Source of the DNA: Nemertoderma westbladi
Lineage: Eukaryota > Animalia > Xenacoelomorpha
Assembly (NCBI GenBank): GCA_032718475.1
Contig: JAUCBJ010003586.1
Location: 1 to 36,275 of the forward strand
DNA length: 36,275 nt
Reading direction: 5' to 3'
The notes beneath the pieces are model-generated. The model was not told the origin of the DNA, searched no databases, and saw only the letters and a program-made list of their open reading frames with translations. Below are positions 35,625 through 36,275 of this stretch, piece after piece. Both the position numbers and the translations under genes were made by a program. Positions within the stretch are counted from its first letter, which is position 1, and each line of letters begins with the position of its first letter.

Positions 35625-35880
35625 GTATTAGGGCATTGCCGTGAGGAGGAGAAGTCAGAGCACGATCTTGTGCTTTGGCGGCCTCATGCAGTGAATAAGC
35701 ATGTTGGACAGCCCATGACTTTCTTGAGACGCATGTTAAAGGACACTGGCCTTGAAGATGCGGATGATCTAGCAAATATTATGGGTGATAGGGAGTTGTG
35801 GCGGCGCAAAACATAGCATCTCAATGTGCATCTGTATAGCAGCATGCTGATTATATGGTGGTGATAATGATAGTATTATT
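35625..35880 (+). mobile_element. 5'-truncated RTE-type LINE: ORF C-terminus and degenerate simple-repeat tail
   Basis: Reads LGHCR...DLVLWRP...VGQPMTF...LKDTGLEDADDLANIMGDRELWR, matching the RTE C-terminal GH..R / GRP / M.DR..WR pattern. Followed by TGGTGGTGATAATGATAGTATTATT. Confidence 0.85.
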
Positions 35881-36275
35881 ACATTTGATAGCATTAAAAC
35901 CATCGACAGGCCATAGCAATAACATATTTAATACATTTTAATTTTACGAAGCAATTTCTCGAAAAATAATAAATAAAAATATATTATGTGTCGATATAAT
36001 ATAGTAAATATTAATGGCCACGCTCACCAGTGCATCACAAATTTTTAGATTTTATGGAAGTTTATGGTGAGTTTACGCTTCAGCGGCAGCAGACAACCTT
36101 TAATCATTAATGGAAAGAAACAGGTTACATACATAGATAGGCCTTCCCTTCTTGCTCATCTTAATGTCGATCACAGGTTACAGTGTTATTTTCGTTTATA
36201 ATAACGTTTGTAGGCAGACGCCGTAGCGTTTACACAAGTTAATGCATCTCTTGAGACGGATATAAAATAATATGT

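Overview
AT-rich, intron-rich animal (probably invertebrate) genomic DNA, not prokaryotic. About half of the window is tandem repeat: (GCCGA)n, (ACTG)n and minisatellites with 28-, 25-, 46-, 33-, 23-, 83- and a second 46-bp unit. Most long ORFs in the supplied track are translations of these repeats. Two spliced host genes can be rebuilt by hand from GT-AG boundaries with matching phases. One is a + strand gene with four exons (1175-5302) for an unrecognised, probably coiled-coil protein. The other is a - strand rhodopsin-class GPCR (27970-27275; N-terminus plus TM1-TM2) resembling GnRH/AKH/corazonin-type receptors; its later exons could not be identified. Mobile elements: an APE-endonuclease LINE fragment (1-1125), a degenerate RTE-type reverse transcriptase (22905-24115), two RTE 3'-end fragments, a DINE-1/HINE-like element and three MITE-like elements. 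The most unusual signals are tandem arrays seeded on or beside splice junctions (clearest: ~40 copies of the GPCR exon end plus 5' splice site), a 126-copy array whose - strand unit can fold into a cUUCGg-tetraloop hairpin, and three neighbouring arrays of different unit length that each have 124-128 copies. All calls come from manual reading; no database search or folding program was run.
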